Shown: piece by piece, positions 62,059-64,000 of the stretch | How the letters are laid out: each line of letters begins with the position of its first letter | Numbering within the stretch: the stretch's first letter is position 1 | Assembly (NCBI GenBank): GCA_902497095.1 | Contig: CABVDD010000001.1 | Location: 54,311 to 118,310, forward strand | Direction of reading: 5' to 3' | Source of the DNA: an uncultured Faecalicoccus sp. | GTDB taxonomy: Bacteria > Bacillota_I > Bacilli_A > Erysipelotrichales > Erysipelotrichaceae | DNA length: 64,000 nucleotides | Translations under genes and position numbers: made by a program | Notes under the pieces: generated by a model | What the model was told of the DNA's origin: nothing | What the model saw: only the letters and a program-made list of their open reading frames with translations | The model's database searches: none

Positions 62059-63993
62059 GTGTTAAGTGACCGTCAAAAAAAAGTGATCAAGATGATCTTA
62101 AATTATAACCGAGGTATCTATGCCAATGAAATTGCCAAAAAGATGCAAGTCAGTACACGAACGATTCGCAACGATATTGTAGCTATCAATCTGGTATTGA
62201 AGAATGCACAATGCCAGATTCAATCGAGCAAGCGTTCTGGATACTTTATCATGCAGGAGAATATCAGCCGTGTCAAAGAATGTGTAAAAGTGATGGATTC
62301 ATTTCATCATGAGCAGGTTGCCGAATCATCTAAACAAAGAAAATACTTTATCTTGGGAAAATTGATTCATCAGCCACAGATTGCATTAGCCGATATGGCC
62401 GATATGTTATATGTCTCTGAGCAGACGATTTATAAGGATCTAAACAGTATGATCCATTATTTAGAGCAGAAGTATCATTTCTGCTCTTTAACACTAGAAA
62501 ATGGAAAGATATTGTTGAAAAGTGATGAAGTGGAGATTCGTACGCTTTTCTATCGGTTAGCCAAAGAAGAGATATATCGTTCAAATCAGTTGGTGGATAT
62601 CCACTTGTATCAGATCGTTAAAGATGATGCGGATATGGAAGAGTTGAATGATATCACAGAATATATCAGCAGTTTTTGCAGAAGCAACTCTATCGTATTA
62701 TCGGATCAAATGTTGTTTGTGATTTCGTGGATGGTTTTCTTTACCATGCTTCGTTCGGAACATGGGTATATGCTGACAAAAAAAGTAGAACTCTTTCAGC
62801 CTAATGAAGTATTGATACGCATGTTGACAAGCCTTTTGCAGGATCTTCGCTTTGATTTGACTATGACGGATTGTCACTTACTGCAAAATTATATTGAGAC
62901 GTTGGGCTTTTACAGTAGTAAACAAAATATGGGATCGGGTTCAGAAATCAATGAGATCGTAGACGAATTCACTATACAGATGAAGTCAAAATACAACATG
63001 GATTTTACTCAAATTCCATCTTTGTTCAATAATTTCAAGATCCATTTACAATTTACCATCAAAAGATTGTTGATGGATTACCAACTGACCAATCCTTTAT
63101 TGCAGGAAGTTAAAGTCAAATATGCCTTTGCCTATGAAATCACGATGTTGATCGTACCAATTATTCACGATCGATATGGACTTTATTTAAGCGAAGATGA
63201 AATTTCTTTTTTGACAATGTATGTCATGCCATTTTTAAGAGCCCAAAAGGCAAGAGTGCGTGCTATTTTGGTAAGTGGAACTTCCCAGAGCTTTGCCAAT
63301 ATGTTGCATGTTTGGCTGCATCAGGAATTTGGTTCACGTATTGAGATCATTTCACAGATTCCTTTATATCAGTTAAAAGAACAACTAAAACAAGATAAAG
63401 CGGATCTTGTGATTTCAGATATGCCAATTGAAACAAAGATAAAAGTTCCTGTGGTTGAAATTACACAGCTTCCCGGAGAGAGTGAAAGAAAACGTCTTGA
63501 AACTTTTATTGTGAAAACGATGACACTGACTTCCAGCGAAGTGATCTTCCATGAAGTTTTTGATCGAAAACGAATTCTCTTTTTTGATCAGGCTACTTCT
63601 TTTGTGCAAGTGATCGAAGCATGTGCTTTAAATCTTTATCAACAAAAGAATATTGAGGATCCCGATTTGTTTTCCACGATGACGATGCAAAGAGAACAGA
63701 TTTATTCCACGCATATTCGCAACGGTGTCTACTTTTCACATCCATTGGAAAATCAGGCAAAAAAGACAGGCATCAGTGTGGCGATCATTCGTAATACATT
63801 GGTGCATGCGCAAAAACCAGTTCGCATTGTCTTTGTAGGGGCGCATGAGCCTCAAATCAATAAAGAAATGATTCATATCTATGATCTTATCAATAAGATC
63901 GCGGCTTCGGAAAAATTGGTGAATGTTTTAACCCAGATTCAAAATTCCGGAGAACTGATTGATTATTTGGAACGTATTGTTCAAGTCTTATAG
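62059..63993 (+). CDS. PRD-domain transcriptional regulator with N-terminal HTH and C-terminal EIIB/EIIA-like domains (LicR/MtlR/BglG-family)
   Basis: 644 aa, GTG start. N-terminal HTH (IAKKMQVSTRTIRNDI), then two PRD-like helical regions, an EIIB-like segment (RAILVSGTSQS) and an EIIA-like C-terminus. Confidence 0.7.
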   Translation: MLSDRQKKVIKMILNYNRGIYANEIAKKMQVSTRTIRNDIVAINLVLKNAQCQIQSSKRSGYFIMQENISRVKECVKVMDSFHHEQVAESSKQRKYFILGKLIHQPQIALADMADMLYVSEQTIYKDLNSMIHYLEQKYHFCSLTLENGKILLKSDEVEIRTLFYRLAKEEIYRSNQLVDIHLYQIVKDDADMEELNDITEYISSFCRSNSIVLSDQMLFVISWMVFFTMLRSEHGYMLTKKVELFQPNEVLIRMLTSLLQDLRFDLTMTDCHLLQNYIETLGFYSSKQNMGSGSEINEIVDEFTIQMKSKYNMDFTQIPSLFNNFKIHLQFTIKRLLMDYQLTNPLLQEVKVKYAFAYEITMLIVPIIHDRYGLYLSEDEISFLTMYVMPFLRAQKARVRAILVSGTSQSFANMLHVWLHQEFGSRIEIISQIPLYQLKEQLKQDKADLVISDMPIETKIKVPVVEITQLPGESERKRLETFIVKTMTLTSSEVIFHEVFDRKRILFFDQATSFVQVIEACALNLYQQKNIEDPDLFSTMTMQREQIYSTHIRNGVYFSHPLENQAKKTGISVAIIRNTLVHAQKPVRIVFVGAHEPQINKEMIHIYDLINKIAASEKLVNVLTQIQNSGELIDYLERIVQVL

Positions 63994-64000
63994 AGAGTGA

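Noticed and set aside
1-64000. Search by eye for CRISPR arrays, tRNA/rRNA genes, integrases, transposase inverted repeats and prophage modules.
   Set aside because: No regularly spaced direct repeats, no tRNA-like or rRNA-like conserved blocks, and no integrase or transposase ORF other than the Rpn-like gene were seen. Absence should be confirmed with tRNAscan-SE, Infernal and a CRISPR finder.

Overview
This 64-kb window looks like chromosomal DNA from an anaerobic, low-GC, monoderm Bacillota. My guess is an Erysipelotrichia-like lineage, which I cannot verify without a database search. Coding density is high and most genes are on the + strand.

Recognisable housekeeping content:
- Replication and RNA processing: polC, rnc, coaD, rsmD, a SEDS (FtsW/RodA) protein, RNase J, def.
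- The rapZ-yvcK-whiA cluster.
- asnS behind an Asn T-box leader, and thiT behind a TPP riboswitch.
- Fermentative and anaerobic metabolism: nrdDG, rex, ldh, gldA, an Fe-ADH, a flavodiiron protein, gpmI and a PPi-dependent phosphofructokinase.
- Cell-wall genes: two FemAB-type paralogs, a VanY/M15 peptidase and an amidase-like protein.
- A two-component system and a PTS EIIC with a PRD-type regulator.

I saw no rRNA, tRNA, CRISPR array, prophage or intact insertion sequence. I do not see a clear-cut, complete novel multi-gene system.

The best candidates for follow-up are:
1. A TetR-controlled MMPL exporter translationally coupled to a secreted 770-aa Gln/Leu-rich heptad-repeat protein (40.5-45.6 kb).
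2. An AT-rich islet with an orphan 150-aa gene, a class III Fic AMPylase and an HsdS remnant (1.5-3.0 kb).
3. A stand-alone MgsA/RarA C-terminal-domain protein (59.9-60.5 kb).
4. A translationally coupled zupT, NusG-II-like, Gx-transporter, 4-Cys TSCPD, membrane-protein chain (29.3-31.8 kb).
5. A consensus promoter that predicts a leaderless mRNA and overlaps the start codon of the divergent gene (about 20.0 kb).

All family assignments rest on motif recognition by eye and need HMM or BLAST confirmation.
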